From Planctomycetota bacterium (GTDB taxonomy: Bacteria > Planctomycetota > UBA8108 > SXIK01), in NCBI GenBank assembly GCA_965223845.1, contig CBDCXR010000004.1:6656001-6720000 (forward strand): a stretch of DNA of 64,000 nucleotides, read 5' to 3'. A program made the position numbers and the translations under genes. Under the pieces are notes generated by a model. It made no database searches and was not told the origin of the DNA. It worked only from the letters and a program-made list of their open reading frames with translations. Within the stretch, counting starts at the first letter, position 1; every line of letters starts with the position of its first letter. Of the stretch, positions 49,242 to 59,187 are shown in pieces.

Positions 49242-50108
49242 GTGGATCTCCACAAGCTCCGAGGATTCTATTCCGTCGCGCGGTTCGGCGGGTTTACCGC
49301 CGCGTCGAAGCGACTCCAGCTCGCGCAGCCGACTCTCAGCCTGCAGGTGAAGTCGCTCGAGACGGAGCTCGGGCGAAAGCTCCTCGAGCGCAACCCGCGC
49401 GGCGTCAAGCTCACCGCCGAAGGCGAGGTCCTCTTCGGCCTCGCCGAGAAGATCTTCGAGACCGAAGCCGAGATCGACGCCCTCTTCCGCGACCGCGACC
49501 GCTTCGAGCCGGCCCGACTGGGAATCGCGACGAACCAGTCGATCGCCGCGCACATCCTTCCCCCGCGGCTCGAGGAGTTTACGACCCGCTTCCCGAAGGT
49601 CGAGATCAACATCCACAACCTCCGGACGGCCGACATCCTCGCCGCGGTGAAGGACGGATCGATCGACTTCGGTCTGATCCTCATCGACCCGCAGGACAAG
49701 GACCTCGCCGCTCGAAGTGTGCTTCCCTACGAGATGGTTCTCGTCGCGCCGCGCGACCATCCCTTGAGCCGCAAGCGCGGTGTCGCGCTCAAGGACATCG
49801 CGAAGTACCCGTTCATCTCCTACACCCGCGATACGGAGACGCGTCAGCTGATCGACCAGCCGTTCGACGCGATCGGGCAGAAGGTCTCCGTGCGCATGGC
49901 GCTCGGAAGCACGGATCTCATCATCACGTACGTCGGACTCGGCTACGGGATCTCGATCATCCACGATCTCAACATCGACGAGGCGAACCGCGTGCATCTC
50001 CACGTGCGGCCGCTGAAGCGCGTGTACCGGCGGCAGTACATCCATCTCATCTTTCGAAAGGATGCAGAGCTGAGCGGGGTGGCTCGGGCGTTCGTGGATC
50101 TCTTCTAG
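49242..50108 (+). CDS. LysR-family transcriptional regulator
   Basis: GGFTAASKRLQLAQPTLSLQVKSLETELGRKLLER..LTAEG HTH plus substrate-binding domain. Confidence 0.95.
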   Translation: MDLHKLRGFYSVARFGGFTAASKRLQLAQPTLSLQVKSLETELGRKLLERNPRGVKLTAEGEVLFGLAEKIFETEAEIDALFRDRDRFEPARLGIATNQSIAAHILPPRLEEFTTRFPKVEINIHNLRTADILAAVKDGSIDFGLILIDPQDKDLAARSVLPYEMVLVAPRDHPLSRKRGVALKDIAKYPFISYTRDTETRQLIDQPFDAIGQKVSVRMALGSTDLIITYVGLGYGISIIHDLNIDEANRVHLHVRPLKRVYRRQYIHLIFRKDAELSGVARAFVDLF

Positions 50109-50497
50109 TGGCGTTTGCTTTCTTGAGTTCTCACGGGAAGAGATTCATGCGGATGACGCGGCGGCCGTGCGGTGCACATCGCTCCTGGTCGTCGGAGGCG
50201 CGGACCGGTTGTTCCCGCCCGGCGTACCCAGAGGCGCGCGTAGGAAGGCCGATGCAGCCGAGGGGCGACGAATCGACAACGTCGGCGGGCACGTCGAATC
50301 GACAGACGGTGCTCGCCACGGGTCTTTCTCACGACCGGTGAGCTCTCTCGAGCTGAGATCGTGTCTGCGCCCGAGAGATTCGCACTGGCGTCAGCGATTC
50401 GCGATAAGACTCTCGAGACCCGCGCCTGCTGACGCCGTCATAGCTCCGAATCGTGACCCCCTCGGTGCTCGCCGCGCGTCAAGCCGGCAGTTTTTTC

Positions 50498-50542
50498 TTG
50501 CGCCACCTACACATCGTAGGCATCATGCCTACAGATAGTAGG
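50498..50542 (+). promoter_or_regulatory. Sigma70-like promoter with two tandem BlaI/CopY-type operator palindromes
   Basis: TTGCGC-N17-CATCAT; CCTAC-acatc-GTAGG (50506-50520) and CCTAC-agata-GTAGG (50528-50542); AAGGAGGT RBS follows. Confidence 0.75.
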
Positions 50543-50558
50543 TAAAGGAGGTGCGAGC

Positions 50559-50963
50559 ATGGTGGATTCCTCTCCGCCGCCGCTGTCGGACGCGCAGCGC
50601 GAGATCATGGAGATCGTCTGGGACCGCGGCGAGGTGACCGTTGCCGACGTCTGGGAGGCACTCGAGGAGCGGCGAGGGGTGGCCCGGAACACAGTGCAGA
50701 CACTCATGGCCAGACTCGAGGAGAAGGGCTGGATCGAGCATCGCACCGTAGGCCGCACGTTCGTCTACTCGGCGGTTCTTTCCCGCGATGCTTCCCGCGG
50801 GCGTTCGCTCCGAACGCTCCTCGAGACGCTCTTCCAGGGTTCGACGACCGACCTGGTGACCGCCCTCCTCGAAGACCGTTCCCTGAGCGCCGACGAAGCG
50901 GATCGCATTCGCGCGATGATCGACGACGCCGAGCGACGCAGAAAGAAGCAGAGGCGACGATGA
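50559..50963 (+). CDS. BlaI/MecI/CopY family repressor
   Basis: LSDAQREIMEIVW..TVADVWEAL..ARNTVQTLMARLEEKGWI..GRTFVYSA. Confidence 0.93.
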   Translation: MVDSSPPPLSDAQREIMEIVWDRGEVTVADVWEALEERRGVARNTVQTLMARLEEKGWIEHRTVGRTFVYSAVLSRDASRGRSLRTLLETLFQGSTTDLVTALLEDRSLSADEADRIRAMIDDAERRRKKQRRR

Positions 50964-53518
50964 GTGCTTGGAACGATCGCGACACGCTGCTTCTCGGGTT
51001 GACGATTGCGGCACAGCTTGCCGTGATCGCTCTCGTCGCATTTGCTGCGGGTCGATTGACGCGGCGAAACGGAGTGCTTCGCTATTCGTTCTACGTGGGG
51101 GCTCTTCTTCTCATGCTGCTCTCGCCTGCTCTCGCGATCATCGGCCAGCGCTGTGAGATCGCCTTCTTCGCCGTTCCGGTCGAGGCGGATGATCCGCTCG
51201 GCCGTGCCGCCAGTTCGCCGCGCGATCCCGGCGATGCGTCCGGCGGGACGATCGAGTTCGTTTCTCTTCCCGCGTCGACGAACCGCCCGTGGTCCGGGGA
51301 GACGACGTTCACGTTCGCGGCGGGATTCCCCGCAGCGGGTCGACCGTCGGAGGCGGGTGCTTCGTCGGTGGCGCTCCCCCCGACGTCACTCCCGCCGGAG
51401 GAGAGCGATTCCCACGTGTTCGTGCTCCACTTCGCGCTCGCCGTCTGGGGCGCCGGGGTGGTGTTCCTTCTCGCTCGACTTCTCGCGGCGTACCGGTCCC
51501 TTCGACGGATTCGTCGTGACGCCGTCCCGCTCGCTTCGCGCCATTTGGAGCCGCTGCGCGACTGGCTGAAGTCCGCTTTCGCCGATCGTCCAATCCCTCC
51601 GATCGTCACCTCGAACCTAGCGCCGACTCCGATCTCCTTCGGTTTCGTGCGTCCGCTCGTCGTTCTCCCTCACGGCCTCATCGATTGTCTCGAGCGCGAG
51701 CAACTGCGACAGATCATCGCGCACGAGGTCGCCCACGTCGTGCGTCGCGATCAGTGGATGCTCTTTCTCGAACGCATCGTCGGTGCACTCTTCTGGCCGC
51801 ACGTGGTCGTGCACGCGCTCCAGCGCGCGATCGATCGAGCGCGGGAGGAGATCTGCGACAACTTCGTGCTGAGGTTTTTCGACGCGGCTTCCTACAGCCG
51901 CACTTTGCTCTTTGTCACCGAGTGGAGCGCCCGCCGCCCGCAGCCGAGCCTCGCTGCGGGACTTCTCAAGCGGCGGAAGCTCGAGACCCGCATCGCCGGA
52001 CTTTTGGATGGAAGGAGAGTCCTCATGACGCGTCCGTACCGTTCCACCGTGTTTTCTCTCGTTCTCGGATTGACACTACTCTCGACACTGCTCCTCGGAG
52101 CCGGAGTGCGTACGGAGAGCGACCCACCGGAGCCGGCCGATCCGTCGGGTGAGGGCGCCGCGAACGCGGAGCCACCGAACGATCCGAGTGCGCTCCCAGC
52201 CGAGTCCGTGCGCGACGAGATCTTGCTCGCCGCCGGGGTTCTCTCCGAAACCCTTCTCGGCGGTGGAGAGTCTCAGACGAACGAAGCGCCGGAGGAGGGC
52301 GTCGAGGGTCCCTCGGCGAAGAAGAAGACAGCGACCTCGCCGGAGGACAGCGAACCGAAGGAAGGCGCTCCCGATCAGCCTGGGAAGGCGAACGACTCCG
52401 CGGAAGAAGAGCTGAATGCCGAGATCGAACGCTACTTTTGGCGGGTGCTCGATTCCAGTGGAGACGCCGACGAGAACTCGAACAAGCTTACTCTCCAGCG
52501 GTTCGCCCTCGATTTGACCGGTCTCCCGGGCACCGCCGACGACTTCCAGACGTTCCCCGTTCCCGAGGGAGCGAAGTCACTGAAGGACTGGCTCTACCGA
52601 GATGTCGACGGCGACGGCAAGCTCGACTTGATCCTCTCCCATGGAAGCCCGGACGGCACGGCCTTTGGCTCCGATCCCGAACGCATGTATCGCGATTGGA
52701 TCATCCGGTCGAACACGCAAGGCTGGCAGCAGGTGTTCGGCCGGCCGAACGAGTACGGTTGGACGACCAAACTCGTGTATGAACCGAGACTCCTTTCGGG
52801 GACTTCCGTTTCTGGCGAGTGGATCCAGGTTTCCGATCCTGCTCTGGTCTCCGCCTTGGGTGGAGCCCAGCTCCGGCCGCTCGATGCGCTCCTTCGATCG
52901 CAACTCGAGTTGCCGGAAGGACAGGGACTCAGTGTTGCTGCGCTCACCGAAGACGGCGCCGCCGCGAACTCTGGATTCCGTGCGAACGACATCCTCGTCT
53001 CCGTCGACGGCCGTCCGCTTCGGCGGCCGGCGGAACTGCTCGAAGCGTCGCGATCGGGGCAAACGCCGACGATCCATGTGGTACGAGATGGCGCTCGACT
53101 CGAGCTTCTCTGGCGTGTCCCTCCGGTCGAGCCACCCAAGATGGAGGATCACGTCGAACAGCCGTACTGGATCGGCGTTCGCGTCGAGCGCGTGCACGCG
53201 ACCACACGGAGGCAACTCGGTCTCGAGGAACGCGAGTACTGCTATTTGAGCGCCGTGGTCTCGAACGGCCCGGCGGAGCGAGCGGGACTCAAGGTCCACG
53301 ATATCGTCGTGAGCGGCGACGGAACGTCGATCACGAACCTGAAGGAGCTTCGCGACTATGTCGTCGCGTCCGAAGGCAAGGCGATCCTGCTCAAGATTCG
53401 CCGCGGCGGTCGGTTGCTCTTTGTGTCGGTGGTTCCGGAGAAGCCGGCGGCGACGAGGCCGTCCACGGATACGGAACCAGAGAGCGCCGGAGTGGAAGGC
53501 GCTGCGGCGACGAACTGA
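50960..53518 (+). CDS. BlaR1-like M56 metallopeptidase sensor with two C-terminal PDZ domains
   Basis: TM segments; PISFGFVRPLVVLP; IIAHEVAHVVRRD; REEICD; LETRI; PDZ motifs AANSGFRANDILVSVDG and GPAERAGLKVHDIVVSGDG; ATGA overlap with the repressor gene. Confidence 0.9.
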   Translation: MSAWNDRDTLLLGLTIAAQLAVIALVAFAAGRLTRRNGVLRYSFYVGALLLMLLSPALAIIGQRCEIAFFAVPVEADDPLGRAASSPRDPGDASGGTIEFVSLPASTNRPWSGETTFTFAAGFPAAGRPSEAGASSVALPPTSLPPEESDSHVFVLHFALAVWGAGVVFLLARLLAAYRSLRRIRRDAVPLASRHLEPLRDWLKSAFADRPIPPIVTSNLAPTPISFGFVRPLVVLPHGLIDCLEREQLRQIIAHEVAHVVRRDQWMLFLERIVGALFWPHVVVHALQRAIDRAREEICDNFVLRFFDAASYSRTLLFVTEWSARRPQPSLAAGLLKRRKLETRIAGLLDGRRVLMTRPYRSTVFSLVLGLTLLSTLLLGAGVRTESDPPEPADPSGEGAANAEPPNDPSALPAESVRDEILLAAGVLSETLLGGGESQTNEAPEEGVEGPSAKKKTATSPEDSEPKEGAPDQPGKANDSAEEELNAEIERYFWRVLDSSGDADENSNKLTLQRFALDLTGLPGTADDFQTFPVPEGAKSLKDWLYRDVDGDGKLDLILSHGSPDGTAFGSDPERMYRDWIIRSNTQGWQQVFGRPNEYGWTTKLVYEPRLLSGTSVSGEWIQVSDPALVSALGGAQLRPLDALLRSQLELPEGQGLSVAALTEDGAAANSGFRANDILVSVDGRPLRRPAELLEASRSGQTPTIHVVRDGARLELLWRVPPVEPPKMEDHVEQPYWIGVRVERVHATTRRQLGLEEREYCYLSAVVSNGPAERAGLKVHDIVVSGDGTSITNLKELRDYVVASEGKAILLKIRRGGRLLFVSVVPEKPAATRPSTDTEPESAGVEGAAATN

Positions 53519-53528
53519 GAATCGTAGC

Positions 53529-54191
53529 TTAACGCGGCTCAGTCGGAGCTTGCGTCCCGGGCGATCGCGGTGGCGGCGGCCACGGTGCGTCGACGCCGTA
53601 GCCCTCGCGGTTGCCCGGATCCGCCATTACACGATCCGTCGTGATGGTGAAAACTCCGAGCGTCCCCCCTCCGGGAAACTCCACCTGCCATTCGACGGGT
53701 CCGAATTCGTAGAAGAGGAGGATCTCGTCCTCGTCTTCATCGCGCCAGTACGGTGCGCCGAACCGCGCGACGAATTCCGCTTCCGTCGTGGAACCTCCGA
53801 TCGGGATCTCCTCGCCGTCGAGCTCGATCCTCCCGTCGAAGGTCGAATGCCCGAGCCCTTTCGCGAGGGGGTTGTTGCGAGCGATGGACGGGTCGTTCCA
53901 GCGGACCAGGATCCAATCGACGGTGTCGGAGCACCCGATCTCGAACGCGTTCGCGATGTGGGCGTAGGCGTAAGGCGGCTCCTCGGGCCCTTCGCTTCGG
54001 GTGATCAATCCGAGATCCGACATTGTCTGTGGGGACATGGGCTCCACTCTCTTTCCGACAACCAAGCCGGCGAGCGAGGGAGCACCGAGGTCGAGAACGA
54101 GAGATTCGCGCTGCGGCGAACGCGAGCAACCGGTCCCGCTGGCGAGAGTCACGATAGCAAACGCAATCCAAGAGGCGGTGCGAGTCACCAT
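53529..54191 (-). CDS. Hypothetical lipoprotein
   Basis: MVTRTASWIAFAIVTLASGTGC lipobox-like N-terminus; globular acidic sequence with RFGAPYWRDED. Confidence 0.65.
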   Translation of the reverse strand: MVTRTASWIAFAIVTLASGTGCSRSPQRESLVLDLGAPSLAGLVVGKRVEPMSPQTMSDLGLITRSEGPEEPPYAYAHIANAFEIGCSDTVDWILVRWNDPSIARNNPLAKGLGHSTFDGRIELDGEEIPIGGSTTEAEFVARFGAPYWRDEDEDEILLFYEFGPVEWQVEFPGGGTLGVFTITTDRVMADPGNREGYGVDAPWPPPPRSPGTQAPTEPR

Positions 54192-54297
54192 AGGATGCTC
54201 CGGCCGAATTCACTCGATTCGAGAAACTCGCGATCTTGCGTACGTACGTCGCGCCGCGTTCAAGGGCGCCGTACGCTGGAGACGCGACTCGAACGGT

Positions 54298-54561
54298 TCA
54301 ACCGTCCGTACGTTCGCGCGGTCCATGTCGAACGCGGGCCCAAAGAAGGCAAGTGAGCACCGCGAGCGGCGTCGCCTGCAGTAGTGTAGGAACGAACCAA
54401 CTGATCGCGGTGTCGTAGACGAATCTCCAGTTCGTTCCCTCTTCGTCGCGAAAAATGCCGCCGGGGTTCTCGAGCCACTCCCAAATCGTCACGAACGAGG
54501 TGACGGCGATCGCGATGGTGATCCCGCACGCGATTCCGATCAGCGTTCTCTTGAACAACAC
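54298..54561 (-). CDS. Small hypothetical membrane protein
   Basis: Two hydrophobic segments flanking WEWLENPGGIFRDEEGTNWRFVYDTAISWF. Confidence 0.7.
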   Translation of the reverse strand: MLFKRTLIGIACGITIAIAVTSFVTIWEWLENPGGIFRDEEGTNWRFVYDTAISWFVPTLLQATPLAVLTCLLWARVRHGPRERTDG

Positions 54562-54724
54562 GGTTTCGTCGACGCGTCCTCTCGTCCGCGGTCGCCTACT
54601 CCTTGCCGCGGTAGACGGCGAGTCGCCGAATCGACCTCGTACCCGTCGGCCGACTCGGGTTCATGGCTAGATCAGAGTCTACCCGGGCGCATGTTCGAGA
54701 CGGACGAGACAGCGGGAGTGGACT

Positions 54725-56050
54725 CTAGATCCGATACCCATCCGGAACGCGCGCCGCGCGCGGTACGACGACGATCCCGTCGCGGATCGTGACGGTCCCG
54801 TCCTCGTAGTCCTCGCGCCCTTCGAGATTCTGAATGCGGACGTCACGACCGATGTGGACGTTCTTGTCGATGATCGCGTTCTCGACGATCGAACCTTCGC
54901 CGATCCCCGCGCGCGGGACGTGCTCGCGTGCGTCGCGCTCGATCTCCTCGGGGGTTTCGTACGAGTCGGCGCCCATCATGAACGAGTTTCGGAGGACGCA
55001 GTCCTTCCCGACGACCGAGCGAATCCCGATGACGGAGTTTTCGATCCGAGCGTCCTCGATGAGACAGCCCTCGGAGATCAGCGAGTTCGTCACGCTCGCC
55101 GCTTGAATCTTGGTGGCCGGGAGAAGCCGCGCGCGCGTGTAGACCGGATTCTCCTGGAGGTAGAAGTTGAATTGCGGCAGGGCCTGCGCGAGGTCGAGAT
55201 TCGCTTTGTGGAACGTGCGAATCGTTCCGACGTCCTCCCAGTATCCGTGAAAGAGGTGCGCTCGCACTTCGCAGCGATCGAGCAGAGACGGGAGCACTTG
55301 CTTTCCGAAATCGGAGTATTCGTTGTCGAGCGCCTTTTCGAGGCGGTCCTGGTCGAACACGTAGATCCCCATGTTCGCGAGGAAGTACGGCCCGTGTGCC
55401 GGGTCGAGGCCGAACTGCGCGAGCATGTCCGGCGTCGCCTCGAGTCCTTCGAAGAGAGCGTCGTTGTCGCCGGGCTTCTCGATGAACTCGAGCACGCGCC
55501 CCGTTTCGGGGTCGATCCTCATGATCCCGAGGCTCCGCGCTTGCTCTCGCGGTACGAGGAGCCCGGCGATCGTGACTTCGGCCGCACCCACTGTTTCGCC
55601 TCCGCGATGCGTCCGAAGCACGTCGCGAAAATCCATCTGATAGATCTGGTCACCAGAAAGGATCAGCGCGTAGCGCCCGCCGACGTCGTGGAGTCGCTTG
55701 AGGTTCTTGCGCACCGCGTCCGCCGTCCCCTCGTACCACGCGTGATCGAGCGAGTAATTCGGCGACTGCTGGGCGGCGAGGATTTCGACGAACGAAGGGG
55801 TGAAGCGATCGAAGTGGTAGCTGCGAGAAATGTGACGGTGGAGCGACGTCGAGTTGTACTGCGTGAGGATATAGATGCGGCGAAGACCGGAGTTGATGCA
55901 ATTCGAGATCGGGATATCGATGAGACGGTATTTACCGCCGAGTGGTACGGCCGGCTTCGATCTCTGGTGGGTGAGCGGGTAGAGACGTGTTCCCTGACCG
56001 CCGCCCATGATGATGCAGGTTACGCTGTGGTCGTAGGTGTCGGCACGCAC
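54725..56050 (-). CDS. glgC: Glucose-1-phosphate adenylyltransferase (ADP-glucose pyrophosphorylase)
   Basis: GGGQGTRLYPLT..RSKPAVPLGGKYRLIDIPISNCINSG, WYEGTADAVR, LILSGDQIYQMD, FIEKP, GYWEDVGT. Confidence 0.97.
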   Translation of the reverse strand: MRADTYDHSVTCIIMGGGQGTRLYPLTHQRSKPAVPLGGKYRLIDIPISNCINSGLRRIYILTQYNSTSLHRHISRSYHFDRFTPSFVEILAAQQSPNYSLDHAWYEGTADAVRKNLKRLHDVGGRYALILSGDQIYQMDFRDVLRTHRGGETVGAAEVTIAGLLVPREQARSLGIMRIDPETGRVLEFIEKPGDNDALFEGLEATPDMLAQFGLDPAHGPYFLANMGIYVFDQDRLEKALDNEYSDFGKQVLPSLLDRCEVRAHLFHGYWEDVGTIRTFHKANLDLAQALPQFNFYLQENPVYTRARLLPATKIQAASVTNSLISEGCLIEDARIENSVIGIRSVVGKDCVLRNSFMMGADSYETPEEIERDAREHVPRAGIGEGSIVENAIIDKNVHIGRDVRIQNLEGREDYEDGTVTIRDGIVVVPRAARVPDGYRI

Positions 56051-56195
56051 CGGCGGCGCCTCGCAGTGAAGAGTGTTTCGGTTTCAGCGGGGCGCCGCGC
56101 TCGGGCGAGTGAATCGCGCCGCTGTTGCTGTTCGCCATACTACCAGGGCGAACGGGATCGGCGAGGCCGCAGTTCGAAACTCTCGCGCGGGCGGC

Positions 56196-57176
56196 TCAGC
56201 GGGCCGGCGTCGACGTCCGGAGCTCCGCGACCGAGGTCCGGGATCCGTCCGCTTCGTCGGTGCCGCGGTCGAGTTCGTCCGCCGCGCCGCGAAGGGGATC
56301 ACCCTCTTCGTTCGTCATCGACTGAAGGCTCGTCTGGAGGCGTGAGAGGCGATCCTCCTGCAGTGCGACCGCGGCCGCGAGCTCGCTCCTTGCGCTCTCG
56401 AACCGCCGTCGTTCTTCGCGACGCCTCGCGCGGCTGTGGAACCAGCGGAAACCGGAGCGAGAGCCGCCGCCGGACACCGAGAGCGCGGTCGCGCGCTCGA
56501 CTCTCGGTCGCGCTTTCGCGAGCGTACCTTCGACGTCTACGGCGAGCTCGACGAGGCGATCGACCAGCCGATCGCGGGAGCGTCGAGCCTCCTCCGCGCT
56601 TCCGCGAGCGTTCGCGATCTGCTCGGCGCCCCGCCGGCGCAGCGCCTCGAGCGCCGCTTCCGTCGAGGCGAGCTGCTGCGCGAACGAAGCGGCGAGCTCC
56701 TCGCAGCGTCCTTCGAGGCTCTCGACTTCGGCGCGGAGCGAACGCAGCGCTCCGTCCTTCAGCTCGAGCGCGTCACGGAGCTCGTCGACCCGTGTTTTGA
56801 GGTGAGCACCGACCTGCCCCATCTGCTCGCCGAGCGAGCGGACTTCGCCCGCGATGTCAGCCTCGGCGAGCGACTGCTCCTCGAGCTCTCGCCGATCGCG
56901 TTCCCACTGTTCGGTGAGAGCGCGGGTCCTTTCCGTGACGAGCCGATCGATGTGCCGCTGAATGTGGCGCCACAGCCGCCGCGCCCCCTCCTCGTCGGGA
57001 AGGGAGATCTCGCGCGCACCGCGTTCCTCGTCCTCGAGCGACGCCGAGGCCTCGGCCGCGGGCGCCGTCGCCCGAGGCTCCTCGGTCTGCGTCTCGACGG
57101 ACTCTCCGTTCGCCTCGGGCGCATCGTGACGAGGCTCGACCCGTCGACGCCAGCGATCGAATAGCGCGGCTCTCAT
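56196..57176 (-). CDS. Hypothetical coiled-coil protein
   Basis: Long E/R/A/L heptad-like stretch; co-oriented between the galT-like gene and glgC; start uncertain (57176 or 57194). Confidence 0.65.
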   Translation of the reverse strand: MRAALFDRWRRRVEPRHDAPEANGESVETQTEEPRATAPAAEASASLEDEERGAREISLPDEEGARRLWRHIQRHIDRLVTERTRALTEQWERDRRELEEQSLAEADIAGEVRSLGEQMGQVGAHLKTRVDELRDALELKDGALRSLRAEVESLEGRCEELAASFAQQLASTEAALEALRRRGAEQIANARGSAEEARRSRDRLVDRLVELAVDVEGTLAKARPRVERATALSVSGGGSRSGFRWFHSRARRREERRRFESARSELAAAVALQEDRLSRLQTSLQSMTNEEGDPLRGAADELDRGTDEADGSRTSVAELRTSTPAR

Positions 57177-57240
57177 CGCCCTCACTTCCTCCACTTCTCC
57201 GCTGTCCCCGAAAATCCGCGCTGACGATCGAGAGTATAGC

Positions 57241-58365
57241 TCAGCCTGAGGGATCCGAGCTACCGTCTGCCGCGCCGCCGATCACGGAGGGACGACTCAC
57301 CGCCGAGTGGCGGCGCTCGATCGCCCCGCGGAGCTCTCGAGCGGCGATCTCCGCCGGCGTGTCGTTGATGTGGGATCCGCTCGCCCACTCGAACCCAGCG
57401 AGTTGGCTCGAGCGCGGAAGAAGTTCGATAAACCAGTGAAAAGGCGCCGTGTCGTCCGCTTCCGCTCGCTCCGCGTGGACGTCCCCGCGACGAATCGGTG
57501 CCGACTGAAGAATGAGATTGAACGCGACCGGGCCCGCCGTAACCGCGAGAGCTCGCGCTACCTTGCCGAGCAGATCCGCAAGATCGACGAGAGCGGAATC
57601 CTCGGCCGCGCGGTAGTCGGCGGCGTGATCGCGCGGGGTGACGCAGATCTCGTACGGAACCCGACTCGCGTGCGGGCAGAACGCGACGTGACGAACGCTC
57701 GCAGCGACGACGCGGTCGCCGACGTCGATCTCGTGAGCGATCCGCGAACAGAGGAGACAGTCCCCGCGGCTGGAACGACGCGTCTGAAACGCCCGCTCCG
57801 CCGTGACGAGAACTCGCGGGACGATCGGCGTCGCGAGAATCTGAGAATGCGGATGGTCGATCGTCGCGCCGGCGGAGCGGCCTTCGTTTCGAAAGACGTG
57901 CACACAAGCGATGCCGGGACGCGCGGCGATGGCGCGCATGCGATCTCGCCAGCAGATGAGAACGCGCGCGAGCTGCGCGGCCGGGAGCGTCGCGAGCGTC
58001 GCCGAGTGGGTCTCGGTTTCGATCACGACTTCGTGGACACCCGTCCCCGGCCGTGGTGGATCACAAGCCTCACCCGGAGGGAATTCGCGCTCGACCCGCG
58101 CCGTGTCGGGAGCGATCGCCGGATACTTGTTCGGGACGACGCGAAGCGTCCAGCCGGAGGCATCTCGAGGCGTATCTTCCGATCGCTCGGCCGCGACCTC
58201 CGGCGGCGTCTCGGCTTCGTTACCCGGGCAGAACGGACAATTCCTTTGCGAGGGAGTCTCCGCAGCCGTCGCCGCCGGCCGCGGCCGGCGCGCCCGAGCC
58301 GGCGCGACGAGGGTCCATTCGTCGCGAAGTGGTTCGTAGCGAAACTCGGGCTGCGTCGGGGGCAC
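57241..58365 (-). CDS. galT: GalT-family (HIT-like) hexose-1-phosphate nucleotidylyltransferase
   Basis: EWTLVAPARARRP, CPFCPGNEAETP, RVVPNKYP, HEVVIE, RNEGRSAGATIDHPHSQ, FHWFIE, AGFEWASG. Confidence 0.85.
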   Translation of the reverse strand: MPPTQPEFRYEPLRDEWTLVAPARARRPRPAATAAETPSQRNCPFCPGNEAETPPEVAAERSEDTPRDASGWTLRVVPNKYPAIAPDTARVEREFPPGEACDPPRPGTGVHEVVIETETHSATLATLPAAQLARVLICWRDRMRAIAARPGIACVHVFRNEGRSAGATIDHPHSQILATPIVPRVLVTAERAFQTRRSSRGDCLLCSRIAHEIDVGDRVVAASVRHVAFCPHASRVPYEICVTPRDHAADYRAAEDSALVDLADLLGKVARALAVTAGPVAFNLILQSAPIRRGDVHAERAEADDTAPFHWFIELLPRSSQLAGFEWASGSHINDTPAEIAARELRGAIERRHSAVSRPSVIGGAADGSSDPSG

Positions 58366-58686
58366 GGCGGATCAGATCCGTTCTCGGGGTGGGAGACTGT
58401 CGCGCATCCCCTCGGTCCGTCGGCCGCACCGGGCTGCGCCACACCGGCCCTGCGCGGGGATTGTCTCGCCGCGGGATTGTGGTTGCTTCGGCGGAGACTA
58501 TACTAACAGCGTGCCCGTAAGGTGAATTTCCTTCCGGCCGCTCGAGGTTCTCTCCGTGGGCGTCCAGTGCGGAGCGGACCGCCGGCGGAATGGACCGTAG
58601 GTCTCGACGACCGAATGGGATCTAAGGTTGAACTCGGTCGTCGAGCGGCGGTGGGACCGGTGAAACGCGAACGCAGTTCTCACGCG

Positions 58687-59187
58687 ATGATCTCTGAACT
58701 CGATCTTCCGCAAAAGCTGTTCACCCTCGAGGAGGCGAGCCGCACTCTGCCTCTCGTTTCGCGCATCCTGCGGGATATCGTGAACGCGTACTCGGAAATC
58801 GAGCGACGACAGCGGCGTATGCTCGAAGCGAGCACGAGCGGGATTGGCGAACCGGCGGTCGCGGGCGACGATGCACCGGGTCTCTCTCCGAGCGGCGCGG
58901 TCGTTCGCGCGGGGGACGAGCCCGTACTCGCCACCGTCGATCTCGACGCGCTCGCGAGGGAGGTCGAGGAGCTTCAGGAGGAGCTCCGCAGCTACGAAGC
59001 CGAGCTGCGGCAGCTGGGCTGCGTGTGCAAGGACCCGCGGGAGGGCTTAGTCGACTTCCCGGCGGAGCTCGACGGGCGCGTCGTCTTCCTTTGCTGGAAG
59101 CTCGGGGAGGACGAGATCGGGCACTGGCACGAAGTCGACGCTGGATTCGCCGGCCGTCAGACCGTCGGCGGCGTCTTTACGAGTTGA
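58687..59187 (+). CDS. DUF2203 family protein
   Basis: FTLEEASRTLP..CKDPREGLVDFPAELDGRVVFLCWKLGEDEIGHWHEVDAGFAGRQ. Confidence 0.9.
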   Translation: MISELDLPQKLFTLEEASRTLPLVSRILRDIVNAYSEIERRQRRMLEASTSGIGEPAVAGDDAPGLSPSGAVVRAGDEPVLATVDLDALAREVEELQEELRSYEAELRQLGCVCKDPREGLVDFPAELDGRVVFLCWKLGEDEIGHWHEVDAGFAGRQTVGGVFTS

